The position numbers were made by a program, and so were the translations under genes. 51,923 bases of DNA from Calditrichia bacterium. Lineage in GTDB: Bacteria; Calditrichota; Calditrichia; RBG-13-44-9; J075. The notes beneath the pieces were generated by a model. It did not search any database, was not told the DNA's origin, and saw only the letters and a program-made list of their open reading frames with translations. The stretch covers positions 106,591-158,513 of the forward strand of contig JBOEGD010000014.1 of assembly GCA_050633245.1 (NCBI GenBank), written 5' to 3'. This document shows, piece by piece, positions 29,758 to 38,827 of this stretch (position 1 is the stretch's first letter; every line of letters starts with the position of its first letter).

Positions 29758-31415
29758 AAAAGCCCATAATATTTTCAGTAGATGATGACCAACAGGTATT
29801 AAAAGCCATCGTGCGAGATCTGCGTTCAGCTTATCGCAAAGAGTATCGTATTTTAAGTACCAGCTCCGCAAATGAAGCACTTGAGTCGCTTGGCGAACTC
29901 AAGCGCAAGGGCGAGAACATTGCACTTTTTTTGTCTGATCAACGGATGCCCGAGATGCAAGGCGTCGACTTTCTTGAACGTGCCATGGATCTCTATCCTG
30001 AAGCAAAGCGAGTACTTCTCACGGCATATTCCGATACCGATGCTGCCATCAAGGCAATTAATGATGTGAATCTCGATTATTATTTGATGAAGCCGTGGGA
30101 TCCCCCTGAAGAACGATTGTTTCCGGTCATTTCCGATATGCTGGAGGCCTGGGAAGGCAGCCATACGCCCGACTTTCCAGGGATGCGAATTATCGGTTAT
30201 CAGTGGTCGCCACGCTCGCATGAGGTTAAAGATTACTTATCCGGTAATCTCATTCCCTACCAGTGGCTTGATATAGAGTCGAACGACGACGCTACAAAGC
30301 TCTTGGAAACACTGGGGCTTAAAGCAGCAGAACTACCGGTTATTGTCTATGAAGATGGATCTCACCAGGTAAACCCTGCCATTCAGTCTATTGCGGCAAA
30401 AATGGGTCGCAATGCCACCCCATCCGAGAACATGTATGATGTCGCAATAATTGGCGCCGGTCCTGCAGGACTGGCAGCAGCCGTTTATGGTGGCTCAGAG
30501 GGTTTGAAGACGGTGCTGATTGAAAAACGTGCGCCGGGTGGGCAAGCTGGAACCAGCTCACGGATTGAAAATTATTTAGGGTTTCCCAGTGGATTAAGCG
30601 GATCGGATCTTGCACGGCGAGCCATTACCCAGGCAACGCGCTTTGGTATCGAGTTTCTCTCTCCCCAAGAGGTCACCGATATCCAACTAAAGGATCAGTA
30701 TAAGATATTATCACTTGCAGATGGCTCCGTCATCAATACACGCAGCGTCGTTATTACCACGGGGGTAGATTATCGTCGTTTACCAGCCGAAGGACTCGAA
30801 CAATTTACCGGTGCTGGTGTTTATTACGGTGCTGCTACAACTGAAGCTGCAGCATGTAAAGAAAAAGACGTGTATATAGTAGGGGGAGGCAACTCCGCCG
30901 GCCAGGGAGCCATGTATTTAGCCAAATTTGCAAGAAATGTGTATATCGTTATCCGCAGAAATGACTTAAGCAGCTCTATGTCGCAATATCTGATTGACCA
31001 AATCGAGGCGACAGAAAACATCCGTCTCCTGCCGCGGCATTCAATCATTCAAGGCCGAGGAGATGCCAAGCTGGAGAAAATCACTCTTAAAAATCTCGAT
31101 ACCGACGACACCCGCGAGGCCGATACCGGCTCGCTTTTTATTTTTATCGGAGCACGCCCATATACAGACTGGATCGATAAAATGCTAATTCGAAACGAGC
31201 GCGGATTTGTTATAACCGGGGCGGATTTGCAAAAAGAAGCTAGCTTTGGCAAGCGCTGGAAGAAGAAGCGGGAACCGCGATTTTTGGAAACTATTGTTCC
31301 AGGGATTTTTGCCGCTGGTGATGTACGAGCCGGGGCAATGAATCGGGTCGCATCTGCGGTCGGCGAAGGGGCAATGTCTATTAAGCTGGTGCATGATTAT
31401 CTGGCTGAAGAATAA
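29754..31415 (+). CDS. Receiver domain-thioredoxin reductase-like FAD oxidoreductase fusion
   Basis: Receiver VDDD, SDQRMP, LLTAY, MKP; GAGPAG, IENYLGFP, GGGNSAG, GIFAAGDVR; ATGA overlap with kinase. Confidence 0.92.
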   Translation: MKKPIIFSVDDDQQVLKAIVRDLRSAYRKEYRILSTSSANEALESLGELKRKGENIALFLSDQRMPEMQGVDFLERAMDLYPEAKRVLLTAYSDTDAAIKAINDVNLDYYLMKPWDPPEERLFPVISDMLEAWEGSHTPDFPGMRIIGYQWSPRSHEVKDYLSGNLIPYQWLDIESNDDATKLLETLGLKAAELPVIVYEDGSHQVNPAIQSIAAKMGRNATPSENMYDVAIIGAGPAGLAAAVYGGSEGLKTVLIEKRAPGGQAGTSSRIENYLGFPSGLSGSDLARRAITQATRFGIEFLSPQEVTDIQLKDQYKILSLADGSVINTRSVVITTGVDYRRLPAEGLEQFTGAGVYYGAATTEAAACKEKDVYIVGGGNSAGQGAMYLAKFARNVYIVIRRNDLSSSMSQYLIDQIEATENIRLLPRHSIIQGRGDAKLEKITLKNLDTDDTREADTGSLFIFIGARPYTDWIDKMLIRNERGFVITGADLQKEASFGKRWKKKREPRFLETIVPGIFAAGDVRAGAMNRVASAVGEGAMSIKLVHDYLAEE

Positions 31416-31422
31416 CGACTGT

Positions 31423-32034
31423 CTAAATCAAGCGCAGCCGGGAGAGGAAGTCGTGTTTCAAATATGACATACGAGTGCGTGTCCATAATTGCGACGACTC
31501 GCTGTCGTATTCACCCGTCATCATCGCTGAATCACTATAAGCCAAAAAGCCGCCATTTTCAGCTATCCAGGTTGCCCGCACCAGCTGATCGCGATGACCA
31601 ACCACAAAAACCGAAGTGCCATGCTTATGGTTTATGCTCATTTGGTTCACAATGGCTTGAGTACTAAGATATTGCTCATCACCTGATTTGGTATCAATAA
31701 ACGGCTCCAGTCTAATCAGATGCTCTTCAGGGATGTCGTTTCTCAATCCATCAGCGACTTCCCACTGCGCATATACCTTGCGTGGTCGCTCCTTATAATA
31801 GCGACTGGCCAGCGCAGCAATCTGCTCGTTTATCGGTCCCGCATAAGTGTTCCCATCTGCATCGGTACGATTACCGAAAGACAGGGCCAAAATTACATCC
31901 GACTCAATAGCATCCCGAATATACGGCAGCTCGAATCGAAGAAGTCGGTCGACCACAATGAAGGTCAGTTCTTCGGAAAAGGCACCGAGACCCTGCGAAA
32001 AAAAATATTCCGTAAGCTGATTACGCAATTCCAT
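31423..32034 (-). CDS. Conserved hypothetical protein (possibly YdcF/DUF218-like fold)
   Basis: 203-aa ORF, GGAG RBS; motifs LSFGNR, AQWEVA, YLST, VGHRDQLVR, SQLWTR. Confidence 0.6.
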   Translation of the reverse strand: MELRNQLTEYFFSQGLGAFSEELTFIVVDRLLRFELPYIRDAIESDVILALSFGNRTDADGNTYAGPINEQIAALASRYYKERPRKVYAQWEVADGLRNDIPEEHLIRLEPFIDTKSGDEQYLSTQAIVNQMSINHKHGTSVFVVGHRDQLVRATWIAENGGFLAYSDSAMMTGEYDSESSQLWTRTRMSYLKHDFLSRLRLI

Positions 32035-32212
32035 GAATGACTCCCGAGTTGCTTCTTATTCTTTTTACCTGAGCCCACTCTCGCACGTCATGCGAAACTA
32101 TGATTTCAAAATCGCCCAAATAGCTACCTGAAAGATGTGTATTTGTTTTAAATTCGACCTTTAAGAGGCGATTCGAGTCAGATATTTTCATAAGAGTTCG
32201 AAGTGAGACCAT
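32021..32212 (-). CDS. Small hypothetical protein (63 aa)
   Basis: GGGAG RBS; overlaps start of downstream ORF; follows candidate promoter. Confidence 0.4.
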   Translation of the reverse strand: MVSLRTLMKISDSNRLLKVEFKTNTHLSGSYLGDFEIIVSHDVREWAQVKRIRSNSGVIHGIA

Positions 32213-32244
32213 AGCTATGATTCTCCCGTTGATTCGTTCTTATA

Positions 32245-32271
32245 ATATCGACGGGAAGTGGGGGAGCTTTA
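32245..32271 (-). promoter_or_regulatory. Putative sigma-28 (FliA)-type promoter
   Basis: Minus strand TAAA-N15-GTCGATAT. Confidence 0.55.
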
Positions 32272-32504
32272 CCTGTAAAAGGGAAGTATCCACGCGAAAT
32301 ATCAAGAATATTAAGTCGGAGAAAGTATGGTTTTATAGTGGATGAGTAGAAACAGGAGAATTCCGCTGAAAAATTAAATTGTACGTAAGAAAAGGAAAAA
32401 ATTCTACGAATTTTTATTGGTTTACTGAATCGGGTTATTTAACTTTGCGTCACAAAGTAGAACAATAGCAACCCAATTTGGAAAAAATTATTTTGAATAA
32501 GCGC

Positions 32505-33551
32505 ATGCAGCCTAAACGTGAGGTAGGCATTGTTGGTTACGGTTCCTACGTACCGAGATATCGTCTTCCGGCAGAAGAGATTTCCAAAGTCTGGCGTGCC
32601 GGACAAGACATCGATACCCTTCCGGTGAAGCAAAAAAGCGTACCGGGCGCTGATGAGGATAGCCTTACTATGGCCATCGAAGCCGCACAGAATGCCGTTA
32701 ATCGGGCCAATATCGATCCTTCGCTTATACGTTCTGTGTGGGTTGGGTCCGAGTCTCATCCCTATGCTGTAAAGCCGACCAGCACTATTGTAGCCCAAGC
32801 ATTGGGGATTGCTCCGCATACAACAGCGGCAGACTTCGAATTTGCCTGCAAAGCGGGTACCGAAGCCATTCAGGCAGCATTGGGATTTGTCGGAAGTTAT
32901 ATGGCAGATTATGGACTGGCGATATCAATGGACACAGCACAAGGCCGTCCCGGAGATGCTCTGGAATATACCGCAGCCGCAGGTGGTGCGGCATATATAA
33001 TCGGGCCGCTCAGCGAATCCATTGCTGAGCTGGAGGCTTCCTACAGCTATGTAACAGATACACCGGACTTTTTTCGCCGGTCTTATCAAAAATATCCTGA
33101 ACACGCCAACCGCTTTACCGGCGAGCCTGCATATTTTCATCATATTACAAACTCGGCAACCACACTGATGGAAGAACTAAATCTGAAACCGACTGATTTT
33201 GCACATGCCGTTTTTCATCAACCCAATACAAAATTCCCACGAAAAGTGGCCAAATTACTTGGTTTCACATCAAGCCAGATCAAAACGGGTTTGTTGGCAC
33301 CACGCATTGGTAATGCCTATGCCGGTTCTTCGCCATTAGGCCTCACTGCCGTTTTGGATATGGCCAAACCCGGCGATCGTATTCTGCTCTGTAGCTTTGG
33401 CTCTGGTGCCGGTTCGGACGCATTCAGCTTTCTCGCGACCGACCGTATTCTGGAAGCTCATAGCAAAGCAGTAACGACAGAAGAATATATCGCGCGCTCT
33501 ATAGAGATTAACTATGCGACCTACGCACGCTGGCGCAAGAAGATAAGGTAG
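32505..33551 (+). CDS. Hydroxymethylglutaryl-CoA synthase, archaeal type
   Basis: GSESHPYAVKP (catalytic Glu), EFACKAGT (Cys), FHQPN (His), LEYTAAAGG, SFGSGAGSD. Confidence 0.92.
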   Translation: MQPKREVGIVGYGSYVPRYRLPAEEISKVWRAGQDIDTLPVKQKSVPGADEDSLTMAIEAAQNAVNRANIDPSLIRSVWVGSESHPYAVKPTSTIVAQALGIAPHTTAADFEFACKAGTEAIQAALGFVGSYMADYGLAISMDTAQGRPGDALEYTAAAGGAAYIIGPLSESIAELEASYSYVTDTPDFFRRSYQKYPEHANRFTGEPAYFHHITNSATTLMEELNLKPTDFAHAVFHQPNTKFPRKVAKLLGFTSSQIKTGLLAPRIGNAYAGSSPLGLTAVLDMAKPGDRILLCSFGSGAGSDAFSFLATDRILEAHSKAVTTEEYIARSIEINYATYARWRKKIR

Positions 33552-33566
33552 AACACAGTGAGATAC

Positions 33567-33632
33567 AGACGGCAGACAAAAGACGGCAGACAAAAGACGG
33601 CAATTTAAAGACGGCAGACAAAAGACGGCAAA
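33567..33632. repeat. 14-nt tandem repeat (AGACGGCAGACAAA), about 4.7 copies
   Basis: Units at 33567, 33581, 33595, 33609, 33623. Confidence 0.9.
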
Positions 33633-33646
33633 GCTAAATTACCTAA

Positions 33647-33674
33647 TTCACTTTTCACTTTTCACTTTTCACTT
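33647..33674. repeat. Heptamer tandem repeat (TTCACTT)x4
   Basis: Four exact units. Confidence 0.9.
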
Positions 33675-33716
33675 TTTTAACGAACTCAGAACTTCGAACA
33701 CACTGGAGAACCATAA

Positions 33717-34874
33717 ATGAGGAAAGTGGCCATAATTGGAATCGGCCAGACACCTGTGCGCGAGCATTGGTCCCTCGGATTTAGAGAACTTGGCGCGAAG
33801 GCAATTCTTGCTGCAATGGATGATGCGAACATGCAAGATGTGGATGCGCTATATGTCGGCAATATGTTAAGCGGGGTGCTGGGAAGCCAGGAACACCTCG
33901 CCGTGCTACTCGCAGAATATGCCGGGCTGGAAGGAATCGAAGCCGTTAAGATTGAAGCAGCTTGCGGTTCCGCAGCAGCAGCTTTTCGCCAGGCCGTTTT
34001 AGCTGTTGGGTCTGGCGCTGTAGACACTGCCATAGCCATGGGCATCGAAAAGCTGACCGAGATGAGCGGCAAGTCCACAACCTACGGACTCGCAACAGCA
34101 GCAGACGCAGATTATGAAACAGCTATAGGACTCAGTTTTGTCGCCATCAATGCACTGGCGATGCAACGCTATATCTACCAGTACGGTTATCAAAAGGGAG
34201 ATTTTGCTCCATTCGTTATTAATGCACATAAAAACGCCGTACACAATCCCAACGCAATGTTCCGCAATAAAATAACGATGGAACATTATCGCGCAGCCAA
34301 GATGATATCCGATCCGGTGAATTTGCTGGATTCCAGCCCGATTGCTGATGGTGCTGCCGCCTGCATAATAACTGCTGCCGAGAATATTGGTGATAATGCA
34401 GACAGGGCGATCATCATTGAAGCATGTGAAATTGGCACAGACACTATTGCATTGGATAACCGCAAAGATCCGCTCTGGCTTAGCGGCGTAGAGCGCAGTG
34501 TAAAGAAGGCATTTAAAACGGCCGGCGTTTCGCACAAGGATATTGAGCTTTTCGAACTACACGATGCCTTTAGTATTATGTCTGCCTTGTGTCTGGAAGC
34601 CAGCGGCTTTACCGAGCGCGGCACATCACCCAAGGTGGCCATTGGCGACGGCTTTGCCATTGATGGACTGCTGCCAATCTCTACTTTCGGCGGCCTGAAA
34701 GGACGCGGCCATCCTGTTGGCGCAACCGGCATGTATCAACTGGTCGAGACCGTTCAACAGCTGCGCGGTGATGCTCCGGATGCTATCCAGGTGGACTGCA
34801 AGCGCGCGATGGCTCAGAATGTCGGCGGTAGTGGCGCGACGGTAATAACCAGCATCCTGGCAAATAACAAATAA
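33717..34874 (+). CDS. Acetyl-CoA acetyltransferase (thiolase), archaeal/SCP2 type
   Basis: EAACGS (Cys), DGAAA, ELHDAF, GGLKGRGHPVGATG, QNVGG. Confidence 0.92.
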   Translation: MRKVAIIGIGQTPVREHWSLGFRELGAKAILAAMDDANMQDVDALYVGNMLSGVLGSQEHLAVLLAEYAGLEGIEAVKIEAACGSAAAAFRQAVLAVGSGAVDTAIAMGIEKLTEMSGKSTTYGLATAADADYETAIGLSFVAINALAMQRYIYQYGYQKGDFAPFVINAHKNAVHNPNAMFRNKITMEHYRAAKMISDPVNLLDSSPIADGAAACIITAAENIGDNADRAIIIEACEIGTDTIALDNRKDPLWLSGVERSVKKAFKTAGVSHKDIELFELHDAFSIMSALCLEASGFTERGTSPKVAIGDGFAIDGLLPISTFGGLKGRGHPVGATGMYQLVETVQQLRGDAPDAIQVDCKRAMAQNVGGSGATVITSILANNK

Positions 34875-34889
34875 ACGACAAGGACATAC

Positions 34890-35288
34890 ATGGACATCCC
34901 ACGTAATTGGCGGCTGCGCGAGCAGCGCTATCGACTTGAAGGAACCAGCTGCGATAGCTGTAGCCAGCTTCATTTTCCACCACGCATCGTCTGCAACGAA
35001 TGTCGTGGACGCAAGATAAGCAAACACCGCTTTGCCGGGAAAGGCACGGTCTATAGCTATACAATTATGTATCAGACATCGCCGCCATATGAACCTTATC
35101 TGCCTTATGTTGTGGCTCTTATTGATCTTGAGGAAGGACCACGAATTACTGCACAGCTCACCGACATCGCACCTGACGAAGTAAAGATAGGTATGGATGT
35201 TGAGATGGTTATTCGCAAAATCAGCGAAGAAGGCGACCGCGGTATGATCGTATACGGCTACAAATTTCGTCCACCGGTGCACAGTTAG
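34890..35288 (+). CDS. DUF35 Zn-ribbon/OB-fold protein (thiolase-HMGS scaffold)
   Basis: CDSC...PPRIVCNEC, GTVYSYT, PYVVALIDLEEG, YGYKFRP. Confidence 0.93.
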   Translation: MDIPRNWRLREQRYRLEGTSCDSCSQLHFPPRIVCNECRGRKISKHRFAGKGTVYSYTIMYQTSPPYEPYLPYVVALIDLEEGPRITAQLTDIAPDEVKIGMDVEMVIRKISEEGDRGMIVYGYKFRPPVHS

Positions 35289-35380
35289 CGCATCGGAAGG
35301 CAGCGTTACTTTTTCCGCTTTGCCTCGCAGCAGGCTCTTCCTATATTTCCCACCGAAAAACAACAACCGGATCCGACTCT

Positions 35381-36838
35381 ATGGCACGCGATATACATCC
35401 TGAACTTGAAAAAATGTTCACCTGTCTTCTTGGCGATGAACGACATCATATGCTCGACACCATCGGCGAAAAGCTCCCCTCCCACTTTCGCTTTAACCCC
35501 ATCAAAGGAGCATTGGAAGATCAACAAAACTTCTTTCGCGAGCAGGGATTCGACTTCAAAGCTGCCGTTGAGGGCAGAGACGATATTTACGAGCTAACTG
35601 TTGCCCCCTACTCCGTTGGCAGAAGCCTGTCGCATTTTCTCGGGCATATTTACATTCAGGACATCGCATCGATGATCCCACCAATTGCGCTGGATCCCCA
35701 GCCGGGCGACTGGGTATTGGATATGTCTGCCGCACCGGGCTCTAAAACCACTCAGATGGCATCGATGATGCAAAATCAGGGCGTTATCCTGGCCAACGAC
35801 ATCTCATCCAAGCGCTTACGTGCTCTCAGCTATAATCTGCAGCGCTGGGGCGTGGTAAACACCATGCTATATCGCTGGTATGGCGAGCAGTTTGGCAATG
35901 GCTACTTCGAAACATTCGATCGAATTCTTGTCGATCCCGGTTGTTCCGGTTTGGGAACGCTGCACAAAAACCCGGAAGTTCTGGGATGGTGGACACCCGA
36001 ACATGGAGATAAACTTGCCGATAGCCAGCGCAATCAAATTGCAAGTGCCATAAAGGCTCTGCGCCCCGGTGGCGTGCTTACGTATTCTACCTGCACCGTC
36101 GATCCGCGCGAAAACGAAGGCGTCATAGACTACGCTCTTAAAAATTTCCCCGTTGAAATCGAGCCATTGGAAGTCGATGGCATTCGCACCTGGCCCGGTG
36201 TTGCTGAATACGATGGAACCACTTATCATCCGGATGTCGTGAAAACAGTTCGCTGCTATCCGCTGGAACGCATGACTGAAGGCTTCTATATTGCGAAGCT
36301 GCGAAAAACCGACGGCATGCGTGAGCCCGATCCGAATCGCCGCAAATCTCCAAGAGAGATGAACTTTCATTCTCACAACAGCTCGGAAGTGAAACGAAGC
36401 CTGAAATATTTAACCGAACATTTTGGAATCCCCAAGGCCGCTTTTAAAAACTACCTTTATCAGCCCGGACGGCATATTTATTTTATTGGTAAAGGCATGC
36501 AAGAATTTGTATTTCGCGGTGAGCCGCTACAGGTTGGTACCAAGATGGCCTATCGCATGGACAGAGGGATGAAGCTGAGCACCGAAGGTTGTCATTTGCT
36601 GGGAGACCTGGTTGAGAAGGCAATTATTGACCTACCCGACCTGGCAACTGTAGAGCAGTTTGTTAACCGACATCCAATTGATACCGAAACGGAAGGTCGC
36701 GGGCAGGTTCTTATTCGCTATAACAAGTGCGTTATCGGCTATGGTATTTACGAGGGCACAACGATAAAAAGTCAATTCCCGAAGGGCGACTGGCAGTTCT
36801 CGGTAACACCAAAAGAAGACCTTCCGTCAGAGGACTAA
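35381..36838 (+). CDS. RNA m5C methyltransferase (RsmF/RsmB/NOP2 family)
   Basis: YIQDIASM, DMSAAPGSKT, DPGCSG, YSTCT...ENE; RsmF-like C-terminal extension. Confidence 0.88.
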   Translation: MARDIHPELEKMFTCLLGDERHHMLDTIGEKLPSHFRFNPIKGALEDQQNFFREQGFDFKAAVEGRDDIYELTVAPYSVGRSLSHFLGHIYIQDIASMIPPIALDPQPGDWVLDMSAAPGSKTTQMASMMQNQGVILANDISSKRLRALSYNLQRWGVVNTMLYRWYGEQFGNGYFETFDRILVDPGCSGLGTLHKNPEVLGWWTPEHGDKLADSQRNQIASAIKALRPGGVLTYSTCTVDPRENEGVIDYALKNFPVEIEPLEVDGIRTWPGVAEYDGTTYHPDVVKTVRCYPLERMTEGFYIAKLRKTDGMREPDPNRRKSPREMNFHSHNSSEVKRSLKYLTEHFGIPKAAFKNYLYQPGRHIYFIGKGMQEFVFRGEPLQVGTKMAYRMDRGMKLSTEGCHLLGDLVEKAIIDLPDLATVEQFVNRHPIDTETEGRGQVLIRYNKCVIGYGIYEGTTIKSQFPKGDWQFSVTPKEDLPSED

Positions 36839-36902
36839 CATCTGCCAAAAAGCCTGTTGAAAAAGGGGAAGTTATTCTGTAGGTTGATAAAGGAGAACAA
36901 CT

Positions 36903-37088
36903 ATGCAGAAGACCGAAAAAAAGTTAGAAGTGCGGCTCAGGCTTACCATGCTTGTTATTTCGGCAAGATTAGCTTGGGGAGATGTGCGCAGTCCGCTTTC
37001 ACTGCGCAGTTATTTTATTAAGTTTTTCCCACCACCCAGAGTAATGGTTTACAGGAAGTCTCCTGCCAGCTATTTCTCTCGCAACTAG
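36903..37088 (+). CDS. Possible small protein (61 aa)
   Basis: AAAGGAG RBS 7 nt before ATG; fills the intergenic space. Confidence 0.35.
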   Translation: MQKTEKKLEVRLRLTMLVISARLAWGDVRSPLSLRSYFIKFFPPPRVMVYRKSPASYFSRN

Positions 37089-37903
37089 TTTGCTCCGTCT
37101 GATGGTTTTTCTTCCGGCTTCAATACCTCAAGCTGCTCATTAAAAACAAAATCTTTCAAATAGAGTGTAATTCTGGAGCTTGCTCCCGGGTCATTTACAC
37201 TTTGAATCGTTGTTACAATCGATTCGGGAAGAATGCGCTCATCGATCTCCGTGTAGAGCACTGACGCTTGCAAACCACTTGTTACCTCGCCGGCAGTATA
37301 CATCTGGCTACGCCAGCCGACGCAAAGCCACTTGTTGTTTATCTCTTCATAAAATGGCGTTGTAATAATGCGCTGATCATTTAGCTGCCACACAACACGC
37401 CCAAGTTGTCCGCCGGCAGTAAATGTACGTCGTTCATAACCCGCGACTCCCTGCTCATTGTATTTCAGAACAGCACTCACGGTATCATTTGCAAACACAA
37501 CCTCTGCCTTTTCATCAAGATCGGCAAGCGGCGAGCTAAAACAGAATTTATGCCAGTCTTCCTGCGTTCCGGAGTAAAAGTTTTTCATAAACTGAATGCG
37601 CGTCAGCGTATTTCTTCTTAACGAATCATCCTGTGTGGGTAGCGGCTGTAGAATATAGTAATTACCGCGATTTCTTACCCAAATAGCTTTAAGTGGATAC
37701 GTAAAGTTAGAATCAGCAACCTGATCCATATAGTCGACAAAGGAGCGCGAGGTTAGTAGAAAGCTAAAATTCTCCACCTGCTCATCAGCTACGTAATGAT
37801 AAAATTTCTCGGAGTTTTTCTTAAAGGTCGGCCAGTCGTTTTGAGCAACTGCACAGCTCAGGCCAATTATTAGCAACATTAAAGTCATTATAGATTGTTT
37901 CAT
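37085..37903 (-). CDS. Secreted hypothetical protein
   Basis: Signal peptide MKQSIMTLMLLIIGLSCAVAQ; beta-rich C-terminal half. Confidence 0.7.
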   Translation of the reverse strand: MKQSIMTLMLLIIGLSCAVAQNDWPTFKKNSEKFYHYVADEQVENFSFLLTSRSFVDYMDQVADSNFTYPLKAIWVRNRGNYYILQPLPTQDDSLRRNTLTRIQFMKNFYSGTQEDWHKFCFSSPLADLDEKAEVVFANDTVSAVLKYNEQGVAGYERRTFTAGGQLGRVVWQLNDQRIITTPFYEEINNKWLCVGWRSQMYTAGEVTSGLQASVLYTEIDERILPESIVTTIQSVNDPGASSRITLYLKDFVFNEQLEVLKPEEKPSDGAN

Positions 37904-38039
37904 AGGATATTCCATCGTTATTGCGTTAATCCGTTTACAGCTCAAGAAGATAACAAAGGGGCAGCATACAGAAAACCGTTTTTCTTCTTTTAGCCGGTTC
38001 TTCTGGTATACAGGATCGTGGAGATTTGGTTCCGGGTAA

Positions 38040-38735
38040 TTAGAAACGCAACGTAGCGGTAAGGCGCGAAGAAGAGTTTGATGTGGCAGGCAACCATCCG
38101 ATACTCAGTGGTGGCGAGTGTCTTCGCATAGCGCGATTCACCAGCCAGCCAGAGAAGACTCCGATAGCGGCACCTGCAAACACATCTGCCGGATAGTGTA
38201 CCCCCTGCCGCATTCGAGCCAGCATCATGGCTCCGGCATAGGAATAACCGGTAATCGTCAACCAGCGCTTCTGATAACGAAAGTGTAGAAATGCTGCCAG
38301 AGCCACAGTCCCACTGGAATGCGCACTGGGAAAAGAACTATCGATTTCACGAATATCGGTATTTACCCAATCGTGAGTCAGATACGGCCGCTTGCGATTC
38401 ACGCTAAACTTTAGTGAATAGGTGATGCCATAGTTCGCTATCTGGGTGACAACAAACTGTACGGCATCTTTTTTCAATTGAGCATCGCCTTTAAAATACC
38501 CCGATGCGTAGAGCAGAATCGGAGTAAGCGGGAGCGTTCCATACAAACTATTTGTATATGCCTCCAGCAAATCAGCTTCAGTCGATTTCGGTTCATAGCC
38601 TTCGTGGATAGAGCGGAGTAAGCGGGCATCTGCCGACTGCGCCTGAATCCCTGCACAAAGGAATCCCGCCAGGAGAAATGATTGGATGAACGTGTACGAA
38701 ATAGTTTGATAATATTTGAGCAAAGCCATGAGCAC
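38040..38735 (-). CDS. PAP2-family phosphatase
   Basis: KFSVNRKRP, SFPSAH, RMRQGVHYPAD. Confidence 0.9.
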   Translation of the reverse strand: MLMALLKYYQTISYTFIQSFLLAGFLCAGIQAQSADARLLRSIHEGYEPKSTEADLLEAYTNSLYGTLPLTPILLYASGYFKGDAQLKKDAVQFVVTQIANYGITYSLKFSVNRKRPYLTHDWVNTDIREIDSSFPSAHSSGTVALAAFLHFRYQKRWLTITGYSYAGAMMLARMRQGVHYPADVFAGAAIGVFSGWLVNRAMRRHSPPLSIGWLPATSNSSSRLTATLRF

Positions 38736-38827
38736 TCATTTCCATCAATTTCAAATGTGTCTCTGTAATAACGCTTGCTTAGAAGCGAGAGGTATTCAGG
38801 ATCTGCGACCCTGAATACAAAGCTGTT

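Noticed and set aside
32505-35288. PhlABC (diacetylphloroglucinol) cluster
   Set aside because: HMGS retains catalytic Glu/Cys/His and there is no type III PKS nearby
34626-35366. Long antisense/alternate-frame ORFs (e.g. 34626-35366, 28611-29207, 23946-24488, 33999-34535)
   Set aside because: They overlap well-supported genes and show no motifs; treated as shadow ORFs
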